Positions 17,960-26,476 of a DNA stretch of 61,242 nucleotides are shown here, piece by piece. This DNA is from Myxococcales bacterium (GTDB taxonomy: Bacteria; Myxococcota_A; Polyangia; Fen-1088), in NCBI GenBank assembly GCA_003157775.1, contig PMKP01000334.1, forward strand, positions 1-61,242, read 5' to 3'. The notes under the pieces were generated by a model that saw nothing but the letters and a program-made list of their open reading frames with translations, did not search any database and was not told the DNA's origin. A program made the position numbers and the translations under genes. Position 1 is the stretch's first letter; each line of letters begins with the position of its first letter.

Positions 17960-19093
17960 CTAATGGGTGCAAGTCAGCGTGGAGGGCTGCAGCGTGCAGC
18001 TTCCAGAGTGACAACAGGCACCATGGGGACAGCTTTGTGCTCCCGTGCAATCGATTGCGACGGTCGAGGCGGCGCAATCTACTCGCCCCTGGCACGAGTT
18101 TGCGCCTGTGCAGCCTACGGTGACTGTGGTCCCGTAGCCCGAGATGGAGCCCACGCAAGACCCGCTCCCCGTGCAGGTCAATGCGCACGAGTCGCCCGAA
18201 CAAGCCGCGCCCCCGGCACAGGCGCCGTCGCCGCTACAGTCGATCTGATTCTTGGCAGCGGAGCTGGTCACCCCGGCTTTGCAGGCATTGGCGCCACCGC
18301 AAGCCACCGCGCACGAACTGCCCGTGCAGTTGATCGAGCCCGCGCATGAATTGGAGTCTGTACAGGCGATGTCACAACCGGCTGAGTGGTCACAGGTTAT
18401 TCCACCTGCGCATCCATCTTGCCCGCAGGTGATTTGGCAAGAGAGTTGGGATGGACAGGTGACCACGGATCCGCAAGCGCCGGCAGCGCTGCAATCAATC
18501 ACGCACTTGTCGTCGGTGTAGGTTCCGCCAATTGCGACGCACAGATCGGCAAGGGTTGGCTCGGTGGGGGCGTCGTCGCCGCCGGTACTGCTCGCTGTGT
18601 CGCCAGCCTCACTCGTTCCCCCACCGTCGTCCAGGATTCCGCCATCGTCAGAAGAATTGCTGTCGTCCGAGGCTCCGTCCGCGCCTCCACTACCCCCGCT
18701 CCCCACCGTCCCACCAGTGGCTTCTTGCCCGCCTGAGGCGGGGTTCCCACCGGTGTCTGCCTGTCCGCCTGAGGCGGAGTTTCCACCGGTGTCTTCCCGC
18801 CCGCCCGAGGCGGCGTTCCCACCAGTGTCTTCCTGCCCGCCTGAGGCGGTGTTCCCACCGCTGGCTACCTGGCCGCCTGAGGCAGCGCTGCCACCGCTTG
18901 CGCTGCCACCGCTTCCGCTGTTGCCTCCGCTTTGCGTGGCTGACCCGCCGCTGGCACTCGTGCCACCTTGGCCGCCGCTTCCTTGAGACGGGGGAGCCTG
19001 TATGTTCGCGCACGACGCGATACTAAGAAAAGCAATAGCTAGCAGGCTGCGGACCGGGACGTGGTTCTGAAGGATTCGAGAAGGACTCAGCAT
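17960..19093 (-). CDS. lipoprotein with Gly/Ser-rich linker and Cys-rich solenoid-like C-terminal domain
   Basis: Signal peptide with lipobox LSIASC. About 100 aa of SGG/TGG low complexity. The C-terminal ~190 aa consists of short CxGxxxC-type repeats (CTDSNSCAGSINCTGSSCAVACGGANAC...CTGANSCQGRVDC...CTGAQSC). Confidence 0.7.
   Translation of the reverse strand: MLSPSRILQNHVPVRSLLAIAFLSIASCANIQAPPSQGSGGQGGTSASGGSATQSGGNSGSGGSASGGSAASGGQVASGGNTASGGQEDTGGNAASGGREDTGGNSASGGQADTGGNPASGGQEATGGTVGSGGSGGADGASDDSNSSDDGGILDDGGGTSEAGDTASSTGGDDAPTEPTLADLCVAIGGTYTDDKCVIDCSAAGACGSVVTCPSQLSCQITCGQDGCAGGITCDHSAGCDIACTDSNSCAGSINCTGSSCAVACGGANACKAGVTSSAAKNQIDCSGDGACAGGAACSGDSCALTCTGSGSCVGSISGYGTTVTVGCTGANSCQGRVDCAASTVAIDCTGAQSCPHGACCHSGSCTLQPSTLTCTH
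18704..18847 (-). repeat. four in-frame 36-bp tandem repeats (ASGGQEDTGGNA-type)
   Basis: The encoded 12-aa units are ASGGQEDTGGNA / ASGGREDTGGNS / ASGGQADTGGNP / ASGGQEATGGTV, inside the lipoprotein linker. Confidence 0.8.
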
Positions 19094-19414
19094 GCCGTAT
19101 CAACACTCCTTGGGTTCAGAAGGGGAAGGTCGCTTCCTCCATCGGTCGGTAGCGCGAAGCGTCGCGGTCGCGTTGCCGGGTAGCGTGGATGAAAAGCGAT
19201 AGCCAGATGCGGCTCAGCGGCGAGCTCATCTTTCGACCGAGAAGGCTCGCTGATCCTTTTTTCACCGAACTGCATCGCAATTGGACGAAGCCCATGTTCT
19301 GGCTGCCACTGGCAAATGATCGCGCAAAACGCGCGCGCCGTCGGAAGGGCGACGCCGTGAGCCTTGCCGTCACTTTCAACTGGACCAGACTTTGTCTGCA
19401 GGGGGTGAGGTGAG

Positions 19415-20440
19415 ATGCAGATTGAAAACGCGGAACCCTTGGTTGAGGAAGTGCCCTACGCCGCGAGAGAGGGTGTGCCCTACGTTGCGAGTGAGGATGT
19501 GCCCTACGACGTGGCCATTGTCGGCGGCGGCCCGGCCGGCCTGGTGGCAGCCGCTCACTGTCGCATGCGTGGTCTGAGCAGCATCACCTTCGAGGCCCAG
19601 ACATTCGGCGGCCAACTGGTCAGTCTGTATCCCAGCAAGCCGGTCACGAATTTTCCGGCTCATCTCGACGTGGCTTCCGGGGAGTTGGCGCGACGGCTGG
19701 CGGAGCAGGCAGCGCATTTTGGCGCCGAATTGCAGGAACACGAGGCAGTGGAGTCCGTCGGATACGGGGCAGACAGCGGCTTTGTCCTGCGGTCCACTAT
19801 CCGGGTGGTGAAGGCTCGATCGCTCTTGCTTGCGCTGGGTCTGGGCCGGTTCCGGCCGCAGAAACTGGGTCTCAAAGACGAATATCGCTTTGCCGGACGC
19901 GGCCTGGTGTACCGGCTGCCGTCGCGCGACCGCATCGCCGCCCATCACGCAGTGGTGGTGGGCGGCGGCGACACGGCGGTAGATATGGCTATTGCCCTCA
20001 AAGCCATTGTGCCCGAGGTGACGCTCGTGCACCGCCACACGACCTTTCGCGCGTACCCGCACTCGCTGGAGCGACTGGCCGCATCGGGCGTGCAAGTGAT
20101 GCTCGATGCGGAGGTGGTCGGGCTGGGTGGCGACGTCGCACTGGATCACGTGCTGGTGGCCCTGCACGATCAGGAGGCGCAGGAGATTCCTGCGGATCTC
20201 CTGCTGGTGAGCGTGGGCCAGGTACCGGATCTGGGCGGATTGGCCCAATGGGATGTGAAGCTGACCTTGGATGGCTGCCATCTGCCAGTGGACTCTTCCA
20301 TGCGCACTGCCATCCATGGTGTGTTTGCGGCCGGCGATTTCGTGGCCTACCCAGGCAAGATCAAGATGATCGCCACCGCCGTGGCCGAGGGCTCCACCGC
20401 CGCTGCTTCGGTGGAACGCTACCTGCGGATTCAGGCCTAG
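19415..20440 (+). CDS. thioredoxin-reductase-like ferredoxin-NADP+ oxidoreductase (YumC type)
   Basis: DVAIVGGGPAGLVAAAH, GGQL..LYPSKP, VVVGGGDTAVDMA, HRHTTFRA, GVFAAGDFVAYPGKIKMI. It lacks the redox CxxC of true thioredoxin reductases. Confidence 0.8.
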   Translation: MQIENAEPLVEEVPYAAREGVPYVASEDVPYDVAIVGGGPAGLVAAAHCRMRGLSSITFEAQTFGGQLVSLYPSKPVTNFPAHLDVASGELARRLAEQAAHFGAELQEHEAVESVGYGADSGFVLRSTIRVVKARSLLLALGLGRFRPQKLGLKDEYRFAGRGLVYRLPSRDRIAAHHAVVVGGGDTAVDMAIALKAIVPEVTLVHRHTTFRAYPHSLERLAASGVQVMLDAEVVGLGGDVALDHVLVALHDQEAQEIPADLLLVSVGQVPDLGGLAQWDVKLTLDGCHLPVDSSMRTAIHGVFAAGDFVAYPGKIKMIATAVAEGSTAAASVERYLRIQA

Positions 20441-20576
20441 TCCGGGAATCCTACCAATAGCTGCAGGTCCTCGTCCCAGAGCTTCTGCCGCGACACATCC
20501 GGGTGACCTAGAGCATCGAACCGTGAAAAATCGGACCAGGCGTCCGATGAGGTGCAGCGGCCACGGAGGAGAGAGC

Positions 20577-21773
20577 ATGAAGACCACAATGGAGCGGCGG
20601 CAGTTTCTGACAGCAAGCCTGGCCGGCCTGGGCGGTATCGTGTTCGCCTCTGACCTGGTCAAGGGCAGGGCAGCGCACGCGGGTAGTTGGCGCGGTGAGG
20701 ACTTCTTCTTCGTACAGCTATCCGACACGCACTGGGGATTCAGCAATCCCGCCATCAACCCGGACTTCACCGGCACATTGCCCAAGGCCATCGCGGCAGT
20801 GAACTCCGTGCCCCACAAGCCGGATTTCGTCGTCTTCACCGGCGATCTGACTCACACCACCGACGACGACAAGGAGCGCCGCAAGCGCCTGGCCGGGTTC
20901 CGCGAGCTGAGCCAGGGGCTGAAGGTCGAGAACATCAGGTATTTGCCAGGCGAGCACGACGCTGCGCTGGACCGGGGCGCGGCCTATCGCGAGATCCTCG
21001 GGCCTTCGCGCTACACCTTCGACCACAAGGGCGTGCACTTCATCGCGCTCGACAATGTGTCGGACCCCACGGCCCACCTGGGCGACGAGCAGCTACGCTG
21101 GCTCGCGGAGGAACTCAAGAAGCAGAACCACTCGGCCCCCATCGTCGTGCTCACCCACCGGCCGCTGTTCGACCTGGCGCCGGACTGGGATTGGGCCACG
21201 CCCGACGGAGGCAAGGCGGTCGAGCTGCTCATGCCCTACCAGAATGTCACCGTCCTGTACGGGCACATCCACCAGGAGAACCACCACCAAAGCGGACACA
21301 TCGGCCACCACGCGGCGAAGGGGATGATGTATCCGCTGCCGGCGCCGCACTCAGTGCCGAAGAAGGGGCCAATTCCCTGGGATCCGGCTCACCCCTACCA
21401 GGGGTTGGGATACCGGCAGGCCGAGGTGCGCGCTCGGCAGGCGGAACTGGCGCTCACCGAGTTGCCGGTCCCGCAGGTCAAGGATACGCCCGCGACCGAG
21501 CAGGTGGTGAAGGTGACGGCCAAGAAGTTCGCCTATTCGCCCAGCGTGATCACGCTCAAGCGAGGCGTGCCTGCAGTTCTGCAACTGACTTCGCTCGACC
21601 GGCAACATGGCTTCAACTGCCCTGCGCTCAAGCTGCAGGCCGAGATCAATCCCGGCAAGGTCACGCAGGTGAAATTCACGCCTGACAAGTTGGGCGAATT
21701 CCCCTTCCACTGCGACGTGTTCTGCGGCAGTGGGCACGAAGAGATGGCGGGCACCATCAAGGTTATTGAGTAG
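20577..21773 (+). CDS. Tat-exported metallophosphoesterase fused to a C-terminal cupredoxin (CuA-like ligand pattern) domain
   Basis: Tat-like signal MERRQFLTASLAGLGG. Phosphoesterase motifs are SDTHWG, GDLTH, GEHD, THRP and GHIHQENHH. The C-terminal domain ends in FHCDVFCGSGHEEM (C-x3-C-x3-H-x2-M). The longest ORF starts at 20523. Confidence 0.8.
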   Translation: MKTTMERRQFLTASLAGLGGIVFASDLVKGRAAHAGSWRGEDFFFVQLSDTHWGFSNPAINPDFTGTLPKAIAAVNSVPHKPDFVVFTGDLTHTTDDDKERRKRLAGFRELSQGLKVENIRYLPGEHDAALDRGAAYREILGPSRYTFDHKGVHFIALDNVSDPTAHLGDEQLRWLAEELKKQNHSAPIVVLTHRPLFDLAPDWDWATPDGGKAVELLMPYQNVTVLYGHIHQENHHQSGHIGHHAAKGMMYPLPAPHSVPKKGPIPWDPAHPYQGLGYRQAEVRARQAELALTELPVPQVKDTPATEQVVKVTAKKFAYSPSVITLKRGVPAVLQLTSLDRQHGFNCPALKLQAEINPGKVTQVKFTPDKLGEFPFHCDVFCGSGHEEMAGTIKVIE

Positions 21774-21828
21774 TTTCTCGAACCATGAACAGGAACTTCC
21801 ACGAACAGTCTTTTACCGGAGGAAAGCC

Positions 21829-22659
21829 ATGATCTATCTGCGGGAAATTCGGGTGTTGGCCATCTCATTGATGACGTTGGCCGGGTGTTCAAGCAGCAAC
21901 GGAAATGGCTATGGCACGGGTGGACGCTCGGGAACCGGGGGCACCCTAGAGAACGGTGGCGCAATAGCGACCGGCGGGGAGAGCGGCGGCGTGACGACGA
22001 CGGGCGGCGTGACGACGACCGGCGGAGTGACGACGACGGGCGGAGTGACGGAGACTGGCGGAGTAAGCGAGACCGGCGGAGTGACGGTGACGGGTGGAGT
22101 GAGCGCCAAGGGCGGAGTGAGTGAGACGGGCGGAGTGAGTGCGACCGGCGGGGTGAGTGAGACGGGTGGAGCGAGCGCCAAGGGCGGAGTGACGGAGACT
22201 GGCGGAGTGGGCGCCACGGGCGGAGTGACGACGACCGGCGGGGTGAGTGCGGCCGGCGGGGTGAGCGCGACGGGCGGAGTGACGACGACCGGCGGGGTGA
22301 GCTCCACCGGCGGAGCCACCAATGCGGATGCTGCCCTTGCCTGCCACGCGCCAGGCACCCTGACCGTGACGAACAGTGGAATGACGGCCTGGTTGATTGA
22401 CGGGGTGGCGAATCCCACGCTGACGTTCTGTCGCGGAAGCACCTACACCTTCTCGGTTAATGTCCCCTCAATTCATGTCTTCTACATCAAGAGCGTGAAG
22501 TCGACCGGGCCAGGCAATGCTTACAACACCGGGGTTACCGGGAATGGAACCAGCTCAGGCGACGTCATATTTACTGTCCCCAGCAGCGCTCCGGACACAC
22601 TATTCTACGATTGTGCCAATCACGCTGCAATGAACGGAGACATCAACGTTGTGAACTGA
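21829..22659 (+). CDS. lipoprotein with hexapeptide-repeat linker and C-terminal cupredoxin-like domain
   Basis: RBS GGAGGA, then ATG 21829. Lipobox LAGC. 18 copies of GGV(T/S)xT-type hexapeptides. The C-terminal domain has the type-1-copper-like pattern H...C-x2-H-x2-M (IHVFY...YDCANHAAMNG). Confidence 0.7.
   Translation: MIYLREIRVLAISLMTLAGCSSSNGNGYGTGGRSGTGGTLENGGAIATGGESGGVTTTGGVTTTGGVTTTGGVTETGGVSETGGVTVTGGVSAKGGVSETGGVSATGGVSETGGASAKGGVTETGGVGATGGVTTTGGVSAAGGVSATGGVTTTGGVSSTGGATNADAALACHAPGTLTVTNSGMTAWLIDGVANPTLTFCRGSTYTFSVNVPSIHVFYIKSVKSTGPGNAYNTGVTGNGTSSGDVIFTVPSSAPDTLFYDCANHAAMNGDINVVN
21991..22314 (+). repeat. 18 in-frame 18-bp tandem repeats (VTTTGG-type hexapeptide)
   Basis: gtgacgacgacgggcggc and variants are repeated head to tail. 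They encode VTTTGG VTETGG VSETGG VSAKGG and similar. Confidence 0.9.
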
Positions 22660-22673
22660 CACTACCGAGAGCG

Positions 22674-23945
22674 TCAAGTCCGGTGCGCGTGCGCGGGCTC
22701 CCTACGGTGGAGCTTGGAACGCGCATCGAGTTGGTAGGTGCGTCCCCTCCACGCCACTTCCGGCTTTGCAATCGCGCTTACCAGGATCAGCGGACCCAGC
22801 AACAAGATCGCGGCCGGGACCCAGGCGTGGCGCCATCCGATGGCCGCTCCACCCAGAACCCGGTGCAGACGGACCATACTGACGCTCACCGCGACCACGG
22901 TGGCGGCGGCGGGAATTGCAACGAGATGCTGGCCGTGGTGCAAGGCGAGCGCGGCCATGAGGAATCCCAGCCAGAACTCGGCGCCGCGCAGCCACACCGG
23001 CAGCTTGAACGACCAGGTCGGCAAGCCCGAGCGCGAAAAGATCAGCCAGCGGCGGAACATGCGGGCGAATTCCAGCAGTCCGAGTCCGCGAATCACCACG
23101 GGGAGCGTGTCCTGCGAGACGACGTTGCGATATCCGGCCGCCACCACATCCATCCCGATTCGCATGTCGTCGACCAACTCGCCGCGCACGCTCCTCAGGT
23201 CATGCAGAGTCTTGAGCATTTCGCGCCGAAAGACCATTAGCTGGCCCATTATGAAGGGCATTTCCCCGCTCTTGCGGACAGTGCCGGCCACCGCTGGGCC
23301 ATAGAGCCCGTTGAGCATGAGAGCGGCGCCCACGTCGCCCGCGGTTTGCGGCGCTTCCGTGGCCACGACTGGCACGAAAACGGATCCGGCTCGCTTGGTG
23401 GTGAGTAGCTTTTCCACTGCCATGCGCAGCGAATGGGGATGGGGGCGGGTATCCGAGTCTCCAAAAGCCACCAACTCGCCCGTAGCTTGGCCCAGGCCGG
23501 CAATCATGGCGTGAAGTTTTCCGGTCATGGTCGGGGGAGGCGATCCGGCCACCATTATCATGGCCGTGCCGCGCCGGCCGGCAGCCACGTGGGCGGCAAT
23601 GGCCTTGCGAACCGCCGCAAAAGCGGGATCGAGGTCGTCGTCAAAAACGAAGATGGTCTCAACCTCACCCGGGTAGTCGTTGTCCAGCGCCGCGGCCAGG
23701 TTCTTGTCCGCGTCCACGTCCAGTCCTCGCACGGGACGTATCACTGTGATGGAGGGCAGGCCAGCAAGGTTGCGCCCGTCAGTCCCTGCAAGCCTGAGGC
23801 TGCGGGCCTCGGCTCGCTGTTCGATGAGCGAACTGCGCAGTCGAAAGTGATCCCAAATCGTTGCAAAGAAAAGCAACAAACCCAACCCAATAGCCGCGTA
23901 TTCCACGCTCCTCCTCCTTGGACGGCTCCACCAGGACTCGCGCAC
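22674..23945 (-). CDS. membrane glycosyltransferase, GT2/GT21-like (ceramide glucosyltransferase / HpnI-like)
   Basis: N-terminal TM, ITVIRPVRGLD, a DxD-like FGDSDT, VFRREML and FRRW motifs, and C-terminal TM helices. Confidence 0.65.
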   Translation of the reverse strand: MRESWWSRPRRRSVEYAAIGLGLLLFFATIWDHFRLRSSLIEQRAEARSLRLAGTDGRNLAGLPSITVIRPVRGLDVDADKNLAAALDNDYPGEVETIFVFDDDLDPAFAAVRKAIAAHVAAGRRGTAMIMVAGSPPPTMTGKLHAMIAGLGQATGELVAFGDSDTRPHPHSLRMAVEKLLTTKRAGSVFVPVVATEAPQTAGDVGAALMLNGLYGPAVAGTVRKSGEMPFIMGQLMVFRREMLKTLHDLRSVRGELVDDMRIGMDVVAAGYRNVVSQDTLPVVIRGLGLLEFARMFRRWLIFSRSGLPTWSFKLPVWLRGAEFWLGFLMAALALHHGQHLVAIPAAATVVAVSVSMVRLHRVLGGAAIGWRHAWVPAAILLLGPLILVSAIAKPEVAWRGRTYQLDARSKLHRREPAHAHRT

Positions 23946-24140
23946 ATCCGTTCGCCGCCTAGCCAGAAGACAACGCGCCTAGATGAGCCATCTCTTCCTG
24001 TCTGGTTAGATGCTCGCTTCTTGCAAGGGTTCCTCCGAACATCTGGGCGGTCGCGGCACACGCGACAGGTATGCGGCATCAAACTGCGCAAATGTTGCCA
24101 AATTGGTGACACAGCCTGTCGATGGCGGGGAGGACCTACG

Positions 24141-25079
24141 ATGAATTCTCGACGCAAAAACGTTCCGGCGGCGGCGCTGCAAATTGGGGTTGCCGCGGCG
24201 CTTGCGCTGTTGCTCGCCGGAGTCACCGCCCGGGCACAAGAGGTCGCATCGCCGGCAAAGCCAGCCGAGGCGACCATCGAGCAGATCGACAACCCGCAGG
24301 TCTTCAATCTCTGGCTCAACCCGGAAAACTACCCGCGCATTGAACGCGCGGTCAACGTCATGAACGCCCGCACGACCCGGGCCCGCGCGCTCAATCTGCT
24401 AGTCGATCACCGCACCTTCCAGCCCTTCCAGACCAATGCCTTTCGGGACTGGGTCGGCTTCGATGCGGGTAGTCTCAAGATCGGGCTTGCCCTCCGCTAT
24501 GGCATCCTGGACAACCTGGAAGTGGGCGTGCAGCGCGTGAGTAACGGCGGCGACCAGTACGACACATACCAATTCGACGTCAAGTACTGGGCCCTGCACG
24601 CCGACCGCTACTTGGTTGACCTAGCGGCGCGAGCTGGGGCAACCTGGTATTCGGAAGCCACTAGGCCGGACTCGGCCGGGGGTTTCGCCCAGCTCATCGT
24701 CAGCCGCTCACTGCGCGAGCGCCTTTGGCTGTCGAGTGGACTCTACTATCACTCGAATGCGACCAACGAAAACCGCGTGGACCAGAATCTGCAGCGCCCC
24801 AGCGGTCAGGCCTATGCGCTGGCCATCCCGGTGGCGGTGGAGGTGCGGCTGCAGACCTTTCTGGCCTGGGACGCCGAGGCTTCCTTCAATGTGGCTGGCT
24901 ATCACGCGAAATACCCGGTCCTGTCGACGGCCTTCAAGATCATCACCAACCGTCACACCTTTGCATTGATCATGAGCAATTCGCAGTACATCGCCGCTGA
25001 CGGCGTGGTGGCCAACACCATTCGTGGCATCCACGACCTCATTGTGGGCTTCACCATTACGCGCGAATTCAATTTGTGA
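24141..25079 (+). CDS. secreted, probably outer-membrane beta-barrel-like protein, unknown function
   Basis: RBS GGGGAGGA, then ATG 24141. Signal peptide ...LLAGVTARAQE. Alternating-hydrophobic strands and a C-terminal ...GFTITREFNL. The longest ORF (from 23433) overlaps the divergent GT gene and is rejected. Confidence 0.5.
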   Translation: MNSRRKNVPAAALQIGVAAALALLLAGVTARAQEVASPAKPAEATIEQIDNPQVFNLWLNPENYPRIERAVNVMNARTTRARALNLLVDHRTFQPFQTNAFRDWVGFDAGSLKIGLALRYGILDNLEVGVQRVSNGGDQYDTYQFDVKYWALHADRYLVDLAARAGATWYSEATRPDSAGGFAQLIVSRSLRERLWLSSGLYYHSNATNENRVDQNLQRPSGQAYALAIPVAVEVRLQTFLAWDAEASFNVAGYHAKYPVLSTAFKIITNRHTFALIMSNSQYIAADGVVANTIRGIHDLIVGFTITREFNL

Positions 25080-25096
25080 TTGTCAAGGAGTTCATC

Positions 25097-25507
25097 ATGT
25101 CCAGTTCGACATTCGGCCGTCGCGGGTTCCTCTTGGGTTCGGGACTAGGTCTGGGTACACTGCTGGTCCTGCCTACGGTTTCGTCACGCGCCGAAGGTGG
25201 CAAGGTTGCCATCCCGCTGGCCAAGCTGGAGGTGCTGAAGTCCGTGGGCGGCTCAGTCGTTCTCAAGCTCAAGGGCAAGCTGGTTCTTCTCGTCCGCGAC
25301 AGCGCCACCAGCGTGCGCGCGTTGGACCCCGTCTGTACCCACCGGGAATGTTTGGTCGCATACAACCCGGGCGAGAACAAGCTCAAGTGTCCCTGTCACG
25401 GGTCGCAGTTCGACCTGAACGGTCGGGTCGTGCACGGGCCTGCGTCGCGGCCACTGGCGAACTACGCCGCGGAGCTGGCGGGCGAGCAGATCATCGTGAC
25501 CCTGTAG
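25097..25507 (+). CDS. Tat-exported Rieske [2Fe-2S] protein
   Basis: Twin-arginine signal STFGRRGFLLGSGLG. Rieske ligands CTHREC...CPCHGSQF. Starts 18 nt after the upstream stop. Confidence 0.8.
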   Translation: MSSSTFGRRGFLLGSGLGLGTLLVLPTVSSRAEGGKVAIPLAKLEVLKSVGGSVVLKLKGKLVLLVRDSATSVRALDPVCTHRECLVAYNPGENKLKCPCHGSQFDLNGRVVHGPASRPLANYAAELAGEQIIVTL

Positions 25508-25514
25508 GCAATCC

Positions 25515-26111
25515 ATGCGACGCGTGGCAATCTTTGTGCTTCTGGCTGGACTCGCGTCGTCGGCGCTCGCGTTGGTCTTGGCAACGGCTGTCTATGCGGT
25601 GGACTCGGCGCCTGCGGTGGAACAGATCGGCGATGTTCAGACCGTGGGCCCGGGGGAAGTTGAGAGCAAGCCGTCTGGCCTTTCCGATCTAGTCGGCCGG
25701 TTGCACCCGGCGCTGGTGCATTTCCCCATCGCGTGGCTGGTGGGCCTGGCACTGGTCGACTTCGTCGGCCTGGTATTGAAACGCGAGGAGTGGCAGCGCG
25801 TGGGTATCTTTGTTCTGGCCGGGACGGTGCTCAGCCTTCTGCCCACAGCCGCAACCGGCCTGTTGCGCGCGGCCCACATGCCCGCGGATCCGGCGGTACA
25901 CGCCCTGCTAGTCACGCACCGGACGCTCAACTTCGCGGTGGCCGGTCTGATTCTGGCCGCGTTTGCTTTGCGGCTCTTGCGCCGCAACCGTTTGCAGGGA
26001 TCGCGGCGCATCGTCTATCTGGCGCTGGTGTTCGCGGCCACCGGCCTGGTCTTGGTGGCGGCCGACTTTGGCGGCCGCATGGTGTACGGCCCTGACTATC
26101 TGCCCTGGTAG
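25515..26111 (+). CDS. DUF2231-like integral membrane protein
   Basis: LHPALVHFPIAWLV motif and four to five TM helices. Starts 8 nt after the Rieske stop. Confidence 0.65.
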   Translation: MRRVAIFVLLAGLASSALALVLATAVYAVDSAPAVEQIGDVQTVGPGEVESKPSGLSDLVGRLHPALVHFPIAWLVGLALVDFVGLVLKREEWQRVGIFVLAGTVLSLLPTAATGLLRAAHMPADPAVHALLVTHRTLNFAVAGLILAAFALRLLRRNRLQGSRRIVYLALVFAATGLVLVAADFGGRMVYGPDYLPW

Positions 26112-26281
26112 TGAACCGCCCCGACCAGCGGGTGATGACAGGTAGCGCACCGGGTCTCGCAAACCGTGGGGCTCTTCCGGTACAAATAGCCGGTACAAAA
26201 GCTGCTTGCCAAGAGTGCGTGAGCGAACGAACATCGGGCCGAACTGCTGTGAACAAACTTAGGATCATGACTTGCTGGAGA

Positions 26282-26435
26282 ATGAAGGTGGCCACCGGCG
26301 GCGGTCCCCCTACTACCCTCGCCTCCTCCGGACAGGCCGGTCTCAACGGCATCGCCGTAGACGACACGAGCGTCTACTGGACGAACACGAACGGCGGCAC
26401 GGTGATGAAGCTGACGCCAAAGCAGTGCGGCCGCG
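26282..26435 (+). pseudogene. isolated single blade of a YWTD-like beta-propeller repeat protein
   Basis: GGGPPTTLASSGQAGLNGIAVDDTSVYWTNTNGGTVMKLTPK resembles one unit of a repeated propeller motif. There is no signal peptide, no further blades, and no credible start. Confidence 0.3.
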
Positions 26436-26476
26436 AACCGTGCCACAGTCCGGCCGCTGGTCGAAGCAGACGGCGG

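Noticed and set aside
18090-18103. TGGCACGAGTTTGC, an apparently good sigma-54 match.
   Set aside because: The GG-to-GC spacing is one nucleotide short. It also lies inside, and antisense to, the Cys-rich lipoprotein coding region.
21991-22314. Regular short tandem repeats here and at 18704..18847, considered as a possible CRISPR or satellite array.
   Set aside because: The units are contiguous, with no spacers. They are in frame within ORFs that have signal peptides and folded C-terminal domains. They encode Gly/Thr/Ser linkers, and no cas genes are present.
24021-24036. On the minus strand, GGAGGAACCCTTGCAA upstream of the glycosyltransferase gene, with GG/GC in register.
   Set aside because: Only the invariant dinucleotides and the -12 half match. 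Such hits are expected by chance in GC-rich DNA.
23433-24140. N-terminal 236 aa of the 548-aa ORF 23433..25079.
   Set aside because: It overlaps the divergent glycosyltransferase gene and has Arg/Gly-rich shadow composition. A strong RBS and a signal peptide begin at ATG 24141.
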